DNA of 64,000 bases from Bdellovibrionales bacterium (GTDB taxonomy: Bacteria; Bdellovibrionota; Bdellovibrionia; Bdellovibrionales; JAGQZY01): contig CBDCLX010000002.1 of NCBI GenBank assembly GCA_965218815.1, positions 693,044-757,043 of the forward strand, in the 5' to 3' direction. This document shows positions 1 through 8,661 of this stretch, piece after piece. Each line of letters opens with the position of its first letter. Positions within the stretch are counted from its first letter, which is position 1. Position numbers and translations under genes: made by a program. The notes beneath the pieces are model-generated. The model did not search any database. It worked only from the letters and a program-made list of their open reading frames with translations, and was not told the DNA's origin.

Positions 1-2
1 TT

Positions 3-386
3 TTGGAAGAGGTCCAGAAATCAGGGAAAAGCCCGTATGACATGATTTATGATGTTCAATCACATATCATTATTGAAAAAAGTAAAGGTAAAGTGAACTT
101 TAAAAACCAGTTTATCCTCCTTGAGATGCTTAAACTCTTTTTAGCCCACCCGGGTCGGGTTTTTTCCAAGGATGAGCTTATTGAAACCATCTGGAAACAG
201 GACTACGATCCCTCTGTTCATGACAATAAAATCTATGTGACCATTAAACGACTGAGAAAACTTATAGAACCTGATTATAATAAACCAAAATATATTTTTC
301 TTGCCAAAAACGGCTATTATCTGAATAAAGATATTCAGTTTCAGCTTCGGGGTATCAGCCCTCCTGATGAAGAGAGAATGCTATGA
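3..386 (+). CDS. OmpR-type winged-helix DNA-binding domain protein (5'-truncated by window edge)
   Basis: Trans_reg_C-like motifs: GRVFSKDELIETIW...DNKIYVTIKRLRKLIE...GYYL. Confidence 0.8.
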   Translation: MEEVQKSGKSPYDMIYDVQSHIIIEKSKGKVNFKNQFILLEMLKLFLAHPGRVFSKDELIETIWKQDYDPSVHDNKIYVTIKRLRKLIEPDYNKPKYIFLAKNGYYLNKDIQFQLRGISPPDEERML

Positions 387-1084
387 GAAAGTTTCAGTTC
401 GTTTTTATATCTCTTATCACTTTAATTTTCAGTCATCATGCCTCTGGTGCTCCTGATCTGTGGAGTGATGGGAATCAGCCATATCCCCATGATGCATTTC
501 ATGATGTTTATTCCACTTCGGGTGATGAAATCCCATGGCCTTTAATTGTCAGACCTTACTGGGTCCTGCTGATGCAGGACAATTTTGAAATGTATGATAG
601 CAATGTCATGTATGATGATAATAGCATTGAATTTGGCCATCATAACATAGCTGAAAATAAAATAGGTGATCAATCTGTAGGCCTCTGGCGGGAAATAGGT
701 TTTTCGGACACTCCCAAAACCCTTAAAGTGAGTGTTGTTAAAGAACCGGATGGCTCTGCCAAAAAAAAGTTAGTTGTCACTCAGGTTGATTCGAAAACTC
801 AAAAACCCATACTACTGGGATTTGGTCATTTTAAGAATTGGATTGAATCTGTTGACACGCCAGAAGATCACAATAGGAGAGCTTCAGAGAGTCATGAGAC
901 TGATGAAGCCGGTTATTACATTGTCTTTCGTTCAGCCAAAGATGGTATGCCCAGACAGTTTGTAAGGTTAACAGAAGTTCAGAATTTTTATTCAGATGAA
1001 ATTCTTCTTGGAGTGTCCATTGTTGGAAATGGTCTTGAGTATCAATCAAATCATCTTTTCCGTCGTATTCGTGTTAATGAATGA
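383..1084 (+). CDS. hypothetical secreted protein
   Basis: 233-aa ORF, Sec-type signal peptide (MRKFQFVFISLITLIFSHHASG), ATGA overlap with upstream gene. Confidence 0.7.
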   Translation: MRKFQFVFISLITLIFSHHASGAPDLWSDGNQPYPHDAFHDVYSTSGDEIPWPLIVRPYWVLLMQDNFEMYDSNVMYDDNSIEFGHHNIAENKIGDQSVGLWREIGFSDTPKTLKVSVVKEPDGSAKKKLVVTQVDSKTQKPILLGFGHFKNWIESVDTPEDHNRRASESHETDEAGYYIVFRSAKDGMPRQFVRLTEVQNFYSDEILLGVSIVGNGLEYQSNHLFRRIRVNE

Positions 1085-1162
1085 GTCCTGTAAAAATCCA
1101 GGGAACAACGATGTGTGCAGGTAACCACAGGGGCAGGTGCCTGATTTGAAACAGTTAAAATT

Positions 1163-2226
1163 TTGAACACTCTGAAAGTCATTTTTTTTTATTTTACCCT
1201 GGTTTTCTGTCTTGTTTTTTTGACAAATGGTTTTTTTTTATCTTCAGGGAAATCAAAAAGCTGGAACAACCCAGGTTAAAAAAAACATTTGATCTCCCTT
1301 ATTACATACATGATGCTGAATTGGGTTTGCTTGGTAAGCCCGGAACCTCTTCCCTGAACACTGCAACTTATGGAAAAACACGGATTTATCAGGTAAAATA
1401 TGAACTGGATCAATATGGGCGACGAAAGAACCCCATTCCCAACAAGAATGCAAAAAAGTTTGCCATCTTTTTTGGCGGGTCAAACACTTTTGGAAAAGGC
1501 CTTCCTGTGGAAACAACTCTTCCCTATCTTTTTGAAAAGAAGAACTCCCAATTCCGATCTTATAACTATGCCTTCCCCGGTTGGGGTCCCAATAGCCATT
1601 TAAGACAATTACAGGTGTCCAGTATTCCTGATCAGGTTTCACAAAAAGAGGGTCTTGTGATTTACCAATACTTTGACTTCCATCTGGAACGGGTCCTCGG
1701 GACAGCTTCTTATTTCTCGTGGTCCCATGGAAAGAGTCCTTACTACCAGCTTGTTGATGGTCAATTGAAATACAGAGGTCTTTTCTATAAAGCCCGACCC
1801 TTTTATGTTTTATCCCTTAAAATCCTCTATGCGGGGTTTTTAAGTTTCTTCCATAAAAACATTCCTTCCGTGAACAGTGATTATTCCATGGACCTCAACT
1901 GCACTGTTATCAGACAGATGAAAACATTGGTTGAAAATCAGTTTCCCAAAGTCAAATTTATTGTTCTTGTGGGTTTGATGTCAGCCAGTGAAGACCCTTT
2001 TATTGACAGGTGCTTTGTAAAAAATGCCATGACTGTCATAGATGCCCGACTGGATAACAATGGAAAGTGGAAGGCTTCATCATTTTTCTATGGTCATATA
2101 CCAGACCCCCTGGACTTCAACGGGAACAAAGTCACCTTTGATAATATCTTTCTCCTGAAGGAAGTGGAAAAACATTATAATGGCACTGCCAATGAAGTTC
2201 TGGTCAATCGACTGAATTATTGGTAG
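1163..2226 (+). CDS. SGNH/GDSL-like hydrolase family protein; N-terminal membrane anchor is out of frame at a T9 tract
   Basis: FFGGSNTFG and NYAFPGWG blocks. TTG at 1163 gives MNTLKVIFFYFTLVFCLVFLTNGFF, which joins the main frame only if T9 at 1231-1239 becomes T10 or T7. Confidence 0.6.
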
Positions 2227-2336
2227 TCCATATCAACTTTTATTGTAACTGCCCCCCCTTTTGGCGATCCTGGCATTCGCCTGCCTCGCTACGAAAGTTT
2301 ATGAGAAGTTCGGGTAGGATAGAACCGTGGGAAATT

Positions 2337-2412
<76 letters not shown>

Positions 2413-2461
2413 CACAGATTTGGATTCTCTTTTATTGATTTACTGAAGGCCGTATTTTCTG

Positions 2462-3616
2462 TCAACTGAACAGAGCCTGTTCCAGATCTTTGATAAGATC
2501 CTCTGAGTCTTCAATACCAACACTGAGACGAATCAGATTGTCTTCAATACCCAATTGTTTTCGAATGTCAGGGGGGACACTGGCGTGAGTCATAATGGCC
2601 GGGTGTTCAATGAGAGATTCCACCCCACCCAGACTCTCAGCCAGCGAAAAAATTTTCACTTTTTCAAGAAAATGGGAGGCGGCATTCAATCCTCCTTTTA
2701 AATAAAAACTGATCATTCCACTAAAACCGGACATTTGTTTTTGTGCCAGATCATACTGGGGGTGACTTTTAAGCCCCGGATAGATCACCTTTTCCACCTG
2801 ATCATGGGTTTCCAGAAAATCAGCCACGGCCATTGCATTTTCCTCATGGGCCTTCATTCGCACAGACAGGGTTTTCAGGCTTCGCAAACACATAAAAGCA
2901 TCAAAAGGGGAACAGATTCCACCCATGGAATTGCTTAAAAAAGCCAGGCGTTCTGCAATCTGTGGATTTTTGACCACAACAGCTCCACCCACAATATCAC
3001 TGTGACCATTGATAAACTTGGTGCTTGAATGAACCACAATGTCAGCTCCTAAATCCAGAGGCTTTTGAAAATAAGGACTCATAAAAGTGTTATCCACCAC
3101 TGTCGTCACTCTCCTGGCTCTGCTGATTTTTGAGGCTCTCTGAATATCAATGAGTTTCAGGAGAGGATTGGTTGGTGTTTCAATCCATATCATCCTTGTA
3201 TTTTTTTGGAGAGCTTTTTCAATGTTATTCAGGTCTGTCATATCCACAAAGGAAAACTGGATTCCATTTTTTCGGATGACCTTGTCAAAGAGTCTGAAAG
3301 AGCCGCCATACAGATCATCACAGGCAATCACATGATCGCCATTTTTCAGAAGATGCATGATTGTGGTGCTTGCAGCACATCCGGAGGCAAAGCCAAATCC
3401 AAACTCTCCTGACTCAAGACTGGCCAGACAATCCTCATAGGCTTTGCGGGTGGGATTGGAAGTGCGACTGTATTCATAACCTTTGTGTTTTCCAGGTGAA
3501 GACTGCACAAAGGTTGAGGTGAGATAAATGGGTGTGATGATGGCACCTGTTGTCGGTTCCGGCTGTTGACCGGCGTGGATGGCACGGGTTGAAAACCCGG
3601 GACCCTTGTTTTTCAT
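2462..3616 (-). CDS. cystathionine gamma-lyase/synthase (PLP-dependent, MetB/MccB family)
   Basis: YSRTSNPTR, ETPTNP, HSSTKFINGHSD (PLP lysine), SLGGVESL, RLSVGIE. Confidence 0.93.
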   Translation of the reverse strand: MKNKGPGFSTRAIHAGQQPEPTTGAIITPIYLTSTFVQSSPGKHKGYEYSRTSNPTRKAYEDCLASLESGEFGFGFASGCAASTTIMHLLKNGDHVIACDDLYGGSFRLFDKVIRKNGIQFSFVDMTDLNNIEKALQKNTRMIWIETPTNPLLKLIDIQRASKISRARRVTTVVDNTFMSPYFQKPLDLGADIVVHSSTKFINGHSDIVGGAVVVKNPQIAERLAFLSNSMGGICSPFDAFMCLRSLKTLSVRMKAHEENAMAVADFLETHDQVEKVIYPGLKSHPQYDLAQKQMSGFSGMISFYLKGGLNAASHFLEKVKIFSLAESLGGVESLIEHPAIMTHASVPPDIRKQLGIEDNLIRLSVGIEDSEDLIKDLEQALFS

Positions 3617-3669
3617 ATAAAAAGCCCCTCTCTGTTATACTGACGCAATGATCCTGAAATCGGCTGAGT

Positions 3670-5043
3670 TTATTTTTCGAACTGTCTGGTCATAAAGTCA
3701 AGAAGATCAATTTTTGTGATGATATGGAGTTTTTCATTCTGGTCTTTCAAAAGAGCCACAAAACCTTTTTGGAAGTGTTCAGAAAGTGATTCCAGGTCAT
3801 CCTCCCCATGGACCCAGACCACAGAACCTTTCACCAGATGGATGATGGGTTCAGTGGGTTTCAGTTGACCTGTTGCCAGGGGAAAGATGAGATCACTTTC
3901 ATCAAGGATTCCAACCAGTTCCCTGTCAGAGAACACAGGGATATGGGAGATGCCATGGTCTTTCAGGAGTTGAACAACCTGTAAAACATTTTGGTCCACA
4001 TTGGCTGAAATAACTGAAGGTTTGTTTCTGTTGAAGTTGAGCAGGTCAGACACTTTTTTAAGTTTCATGGGAGAGGGCATAAACTCGTTTTCCCGCAGCC
4101 AGTCGTCATTAAAGGCTTTACTCATGTAGGCCCGGCCACTGTCAGCCATCATAATCAACAGGTTGGAGGGTTTATCCAGTTGTTCAGAATGCCTGAGGGC
4201 TCCAACAAGGGCCATGGCTGAAGAGGGACCAACACAGATTCCTTCTTTGGCTACAATTTCACGGGTCATAAGAAAGCTGTCCTTGTCAGAAACCTGAACG
4301 AAACCATCAATCACGTCCATGTGGACATTGTCAGGAAGCATATCCTCTCCCACCCCCTCCACTTTGTAGGGGTGGGCTTTGACTTCCTTGTGGTAGTACA
4401 AATCATGGAGGATACTTCCCATTGGATCAGGGCATATGATTTTTATATCAGGGTTTTTTTCTTTTAAATAACGTCCCACTCCGGAGATTGTTCCTCCAGT
4501 ACCGGCCCCTGCCACAAAAACATCAAGTTTGCCTTCTGTCTGTTCCCATATCTCAGGTCCTGTTGTCTGATAGTGGATCTTGGGATTATCAGGATTGTGG
4601 TACTGATTGGCGAGAAACCCACCAGGTGTCATTTCAGTCAGTTTTTTTGAAACGGATAAATAACTTCTGGGATCTTCCGGTTCCACAGCAGTGGGTGTGA
4701 TAACCACCTTGGTTCCATAAGCTCTCAGAGCCGCCCGTTTTTCCTCGCTGATTTTATCCGGCATAACAAAAACAGCTTTGTAACCTTTCACTGCACTGAC
4801 CAGAGCCAGTCCCATTCCCGTGTTTCCCGAGGTGGCTTCAATAATCGTCCCTCCGGGTTTTAACTCTCCCCGTTTTTCAGCTCCCTCGATAAGGGCCAGG
4901 GCAATGCGATCCTTGACACTCGAACCCGGATTGAAGTACTCAAGCTTGGCCCAAAAACGATGGGGTGAATTTTTTGGAATAACCTTTTTTAATTCCACAA
5001 TGGGAGTGTTACCGACGGTATCCAGAATGCTATTGTAAATCAT
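3670..5043 (-). CDS. cystathionine beta-synthase with C-terminal CBS domains
   Basis: NPGSSVKDR, TSGNTG, GAGTGGT motifs plus ~130-aa CBS-pair extension; co-oriented with the gamma-lyase. Confidence 0.9.
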   Translation of the reverse strand: MIYNSILDTVGNTPIVELKKVIPKNSPHRFWAKLEYFNPGSSVKDRIALALIEGAEKRGELKPGGTIIEATSGNTGMGLALVSAVKGYKAVFVMPDKISEEKRAALRAYGTKVVITPTAVEPEDPRSYLSVSKKLTEMTPGGFLANQYHNPDNPKIHYQTTGPEIWEQTEGKLDVFVAGAGTGGTISGVGRYLKEKNPDIKIICPDPMGSILHDLYYHKEVKAHPYKVEGVGEDMLPDNVHMDVIDGFVQVSDKDSFLMTREIVAKEGICVGPSSAMALVGALRHSEQLDKPSNLLIMMADSGRAYMSKAFNDDWLRENEFMPSPMKLKKVSDLLNFNRNKPSVISANVDQNVLQVVQLLKDHGISHIPVFSDRELVGILDESDLIFPLATGQLKPTEPIIHLVKGSVVWVHGEDDLESLSEHFQKGFVALLKDQNEKLHIITKIDLLDFMTRQFEK

Positions 5044-5132
5044 AGAAACCTTTCCCTGTTAAGAGTTTGTATTATTCAGATTATGAAAAAATTTATACAT
5101 TTTACAGTCAAACAGTGATCCTATCTGGATTT

Positions 5133-5564
5133 TCAATGCTTTGTTACTTTTTTCAGTTGTTCAGTATCAGGGTCAAAAAAGAAAACATTTAATCTTCCTT
5201 TGATGTATTTATCCACAGTGGGTGTCACAATTTCATTGCGACTGTCACCATTAATGTCTTTTAAGAAGAGATTGTATTTTTTGTCTTCAAATTTGTAAAA
5301 GCCGTCTTTTTTATCCGTCAGGGGGCTGGAATCCATAAAAAAAAGACCTTCATCTGTATATTTGTAAATTTCAATGGCCAGACCCTGAATGTCGGACACT
5401 TTAATCACTTTGTATTTTTGACCTTCCAGGTCCATTTCCATCTGTGCTAGAACAGAACGTCCTGTTCCAAAAAAAAGACTGGTGAGTTTTGACTGAACTT
5501 TTGGGTTTAACAGGGTGAAGGACACCAGAATGGACACAAAAAAAAGGACAAAACCGAATTTCAT
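5133..5564 (-). CDS. hypothetical exported protein
   Basis: Hydrophobic N-terminus; DINGDSRNEIV resembles an FG-GAP/calcium-binding loop. Confidence 0.65.
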   Translation of the reverse strand: MKFGFVLFFVSILVSFTLLNPKVQSKLTSLFFGTGRSVLAQMEMDLEGQKYKVIKVSDIQGLAIEIYKYTDEGLFFMDSSPLTDKKDGFYKFEDKKYNLFLKDINGDSRNEIVTPTVDKYIKGRLNVFFFDPDTEQLKKVTKH

Positions 5565-5735
5565 GAAAAAAGCTTATAACAGATAAGGTCTTGGGGGCAA
5601 GCCATGGGAAATGTTCAAAATCCGGAATTTTTACCGGATTTTTCCATTCCAGCCTGTATTTACAACAAAATGGATGGGGTTCGGGTTTTGCCTTGTTTTT
5701 ATGGAAATTATATAAAAAACACAGGGTCTTTGGGT

Positions 5736-6407
5736 ATGTTAAAAATAGATAAAACAGATTCTCTTTATCCCCGGGGGTTGTTCAGGCTTAAAAGCCCTCC
5801 TTCATCCATTTACCTGGAAGGAAAACCCTCACTTTTGGGTGAAAATTATGTATCCATTGTGGGGTCCAGAAACCTCAGTTATGGTTTAAAACAATGGATG
5901 GAGCACGAAATTCTGCCCACTCTTCAGCTTCTTGATGTCGGTGTTATCAGCGGGGGAGCCCGTGGGGTGGATCAATGGGCCCATTTTCTGGCTCTTCGGG
6001 CCGGGCAACCAACAATAGTGGTTCTTCCCTCGGGTCTTGAAAGAAAGTACCCCCAATCCATTGAACGCCTGGTCCAAAATCCCATGGTTGTTTTTCTGTC
6101 CGAGTACGAAACCAATCTGGAAATGAAAAAATATCATTTTTACAATAGAAACCGTCTCATAGCCGCTTTGAGTGAACAAACTCTCATTATTCAGGCCAGT
6201 GAAAAAAGTGGGACCATAATAACAGCTCAGGCAGCCATTGAACTTGGCAACAGTCTTCTCGTTCTTCCAGGCAACCCTGGGGATGCCACCATGGCGGGTA
6301 ATAATCAGCTTTTGTTTGATGGGGCCCAGATGATTCGTAACAGAAGGGATCTTATTGCCATTTTAAAAAATCATTTTCAGGCCAGGAAGTTCAAGTCCAG
6401 TTTTTGA
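5736..6407 (+). CDS. dprA: DNA-processing protein DprA (Rossmann core only)
   Basis: SIVGSR, ISGGARGVD, RNRLIAALS, SGTIITA, GNNQLL; start moved to the ATG at 5736. Confidence 0.85.
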   Translation: MLKIDKTDSLYPRGLFRLKSPPSSIYLEGKPSLLGENYVSIVGSRNLSYGLKQWMEHEILPTLQLLDVGVISGGARGVDQWAHFLALRAGQPTIVVLPSGLERKYPQSIERLVQNPMVVFLSEYETNLEMKKYHFYNRNRLIAALSEQTLIIQASEKSGTIITAQAAIELGNSLLVLPGNPGDATMAGNNQLLFDGAQMIRNRRDLIAILKNHFQARKFKSSF

Positions 6408-7512
6408 CGATAAAAAAAAGTGCAAAGGGTGTCAGAATAAGAACAGGTAACCATGCACTCAACCAGACAGGTACAAAATCCAGTTTGATGGTGCTACTTC
6501 CAATGAGAAATAACAGCCAGTAGATGACAATAATGGCAACACTGATAACTCCTCCACCCATTCTCCCTGAACGGTTGTTATTGCCACAACCAAAACCACT
6601 GCCAAGCAATACCAGCAGGAGACAGGCAAAAGAGAGACTCAGGCGTTTGTGCCATTCATAGTTGAATTTTCTCAGTCGATGGGGGTCTTTGGTCTCTTTT
6701 AACAGTTTTTTTATATCTTTGTAAGTGAGGCTGTTGAGAGATTTATCCTGAAGTTTTTTGTGAGTGGGTTCAGTGATTTGAAGGTCATAGTTTTGAAAGT
6801 GAATTTTGGTATATTCCAACTCGGAACTTTTATGAATATGACCATTGGTCAAATGCATGGAAGCCTGATAGGAGTTCAGTGATTTTTTGACAAAAAACTC
6901 CCCTTTTTCGGCAATGATTGTGGTGGGGTCGGAGGACTTGCGTTCATCATAGATAAAAACATTTTTGTGTTCTTTGGTCTTTTTGTCGATTTTGTTACTG
7001 TAAATAACCATGTCCAGAAAACCTGAGAAGGTTCCCTCGCGGATATCAGTAATGATTTTTGAACTGGTGATTTCTGTTATAATGAGTTCAAATTGTCGGT
7101 GTCCCCAGGGTCCTGTTTTAAAGGAAGTGTAGCCGGAGAGAATGGTTGTGACCAGTCCCAAAACAATTCCGGGGGCAATAAGGGGTCCCATTCCCAAACC
7201 CAGGGACTTCATGGCAATAATTTCCGAATCACCGGACAATCTGTTATAGGTGAGAACAATGCTCAGGACCAGACTCATGGGGAGAATGATTGGCAAAAAA
7301 CTGATCGACAGGGAGGAGAGTAGATGAAAAAGGGTGAAAAGACCAATGGAGTGCTGAAGAAAGGTGTCAGTAAATTTCAATATCTGGAACATAAGAAGAA
7401 TAAAAGTAAAACTTATAATTCCAAGAAAAAATGTGGGAATCATTTCTGAAAGGATGTAATAAAAGCACAATCCTGATTTGTAACGACTCATCTTATGAAG
7501 AATGTGAGTCAA
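6391..7512 (-). CDS. lptF: LPS export ABC permease, LptF/LptG family
   Basis: RLSGDSEIIAMKSLG, EWHKRLSLSFACL, SAWLP; 3+3 TM layout. Confidence 0.8.
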   Translation of the reverse strand: MTHILHKMSRYKSGLCFYYILSEMIPTFFLGIISFTFILLMFQILKFTDTFLQHSIGLFTLFHLLSSLSISFLPIILPMSLVLSIVLTYNRLSGDSEIIAMKSLGLGMGPLIAPGIVLGLVTTILSGYTSFKTGPWGHRQFELIITEITSSKIITDIREGTFSGFLDMVIYSNKIDKKTKEHKNVFIYDERKSSDPTTIIAEKGEFFVKKSLNSYQASMHLTNGHIHKSSELEYTKIHFQNYDLQITEPTHKKLQDKSLNSLTYKDIKKLLKETKDPHRLRKFNYEWHKRLSLSFACLLLVLLGSGFGCGNNNRSGRMGGGVISVAIIVIYWLLFLIGSSTIKLDFVPVWLSAWLPVLILTPFALFFIVKNWT

Positions 7513-8389
7513 AATCCATTATGCCCACATTTTCCGGTTTTTGAATGGCTTTGCGGACGTTTTTGGCTTGCTTTATGAGCTTTTCAAAATGGGAGAGATG
7601 CAATTGGGAAGCGGCATCACATTTGGCTGACATGGGGTCAGGATGGGTTTCTATGAAAAGAGCATCGGTGCCTGCTGCCACAGCCGCCAGAGTCAAATGG
7701 GGAACAAAGCGGGGTTCACCTCCAGAGGGATCTGCACTGCTGATGCCATACAGTCGGATAATATGGGTTGCATCAAAACAGACAGGAGCCCCCAATTCCT
7801 GCATGATTGGAATAGAGCGAATGTCAGCCACCAACCGGTTGTAACCAAAACAGACCCCCCGTTCTGTAAGAAGAATATTATTGTTGCCTGTGGATTTGAT
7901 TTTACTTAACACTCCACTCATGTTTTCAGGAGCCATGAACTGTCCTTTTTTTACATTGATGGCTTTTCCTGTTTTGCCACATTCAACGGCCAGGGAGGTT
8001 TGCTGACACATATAGGCTGGAATCTGGAGAACATCCACAAACTCCGCAGTGCGAGCCACTTCTTCAGTGCGATGGACATCTGTGAGAACAGGGAGCTGAA
8101 ACTCTTTGCGAATGTCTGAGAGGATTTTCAAACCCTCTTCAATCAGAGGCCCCTTCCAGTTTCCAATGGCTCCCCTGTTGTCTTTTTCATAGGAGCTTTT
8201 AAAAATAATACCAATACCCAGGCGTTGACTGATTTCAGATAAAACACGGGCTGTGTTAAAGGCCAGATCACGATTGTCAATCACACAGGGACCGGCAATA
8301 ACGGCAAGATCCTGTCCAGATCCGATTTTTACAGCATTGTCATCCACTGTGACAGTGAATTCCCGAAAAGGGAGAACAGTCTGCTCCAC
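7493..8389 (-). CDS. kdsA: KDO8P synthase-like (KdsA family)
   Basis: IAGPCVI, LTDVH, NVKKGQF, LTERG, FDATH, FIETHPDP, KCDA. Confidence 0.8.
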   Translation of the reverse strand: MEQTVLPFREFTVTVDDNAVKIGSGQDLAVIAGPCVIDNRDLAFNTARVLSEISQRLGIGIIFKSSYEKDNRGAIGNWKGPLIEEGLKILSDIRKEFQLPVLTDVHRTEEVARTAEFVDVLQIPAYMCQQTSLAVECGKTGKAINVKKGQFMAPENMSGVLSKIKSTGNNNILLTERGVCFGYNRLVADIRSIPIMQELGAPVCFDATHIIRLYGISSADPSGGEPRFVPHLTLAAVAAGTDALFIETHPDPMSAKCDAASQLHLSHFEKLIKQAKNVRKAIQKPENVGIMDFDSHSS

Positions 8390-8510
8390 TCTTTTTTTTT
8401 TCAGAGAGATCTCCTTACAGGCTTTGCCCGCTGATTTATCAGTTCATTTTGCAACTGCACATACAAAGTCGGCACTGCTCCCTCTTTTGGCGATGCTGGC
8501 ACTTGCCTTC

Positions 8511-8596
8511 TCTTCTGTGCGGCGTACGTTAAACTGTCGTCTTGGTTGCTGCTTCCTGCTGGTCTCATCCAAAACCTGTGGCGGCGACACAGAAGA
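8511..8596 (-). ncRNA. ffs: probable small SRP RNA (4.5S/ffs)
   Basis: Intergenic rod: TCTTCTGTG/CACAGAAGA and GTTTTGG/CCAAGAC stems with apical CC-AGCA-GGAAGCAGC motif; TTGACC promoter-like element upstream; 5' side of the conserved loop deviates from consensus. Confidence 0.55.
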
Positions 8597-8661
8597 CATG
8601 AGTCATTATTTCAGGAAATTGTTTATCACTTTAAAAAATGAAGGTCAACCAATGAAAAACA

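Noticed and set aside
2301-2315. 15-mer ATGAGAAGTTCGGGT shared with ~30720
   Set aside because: A single 15-mer match between two arbitrary positions is expected by chance in 64 kb, and the flanks are unrelated
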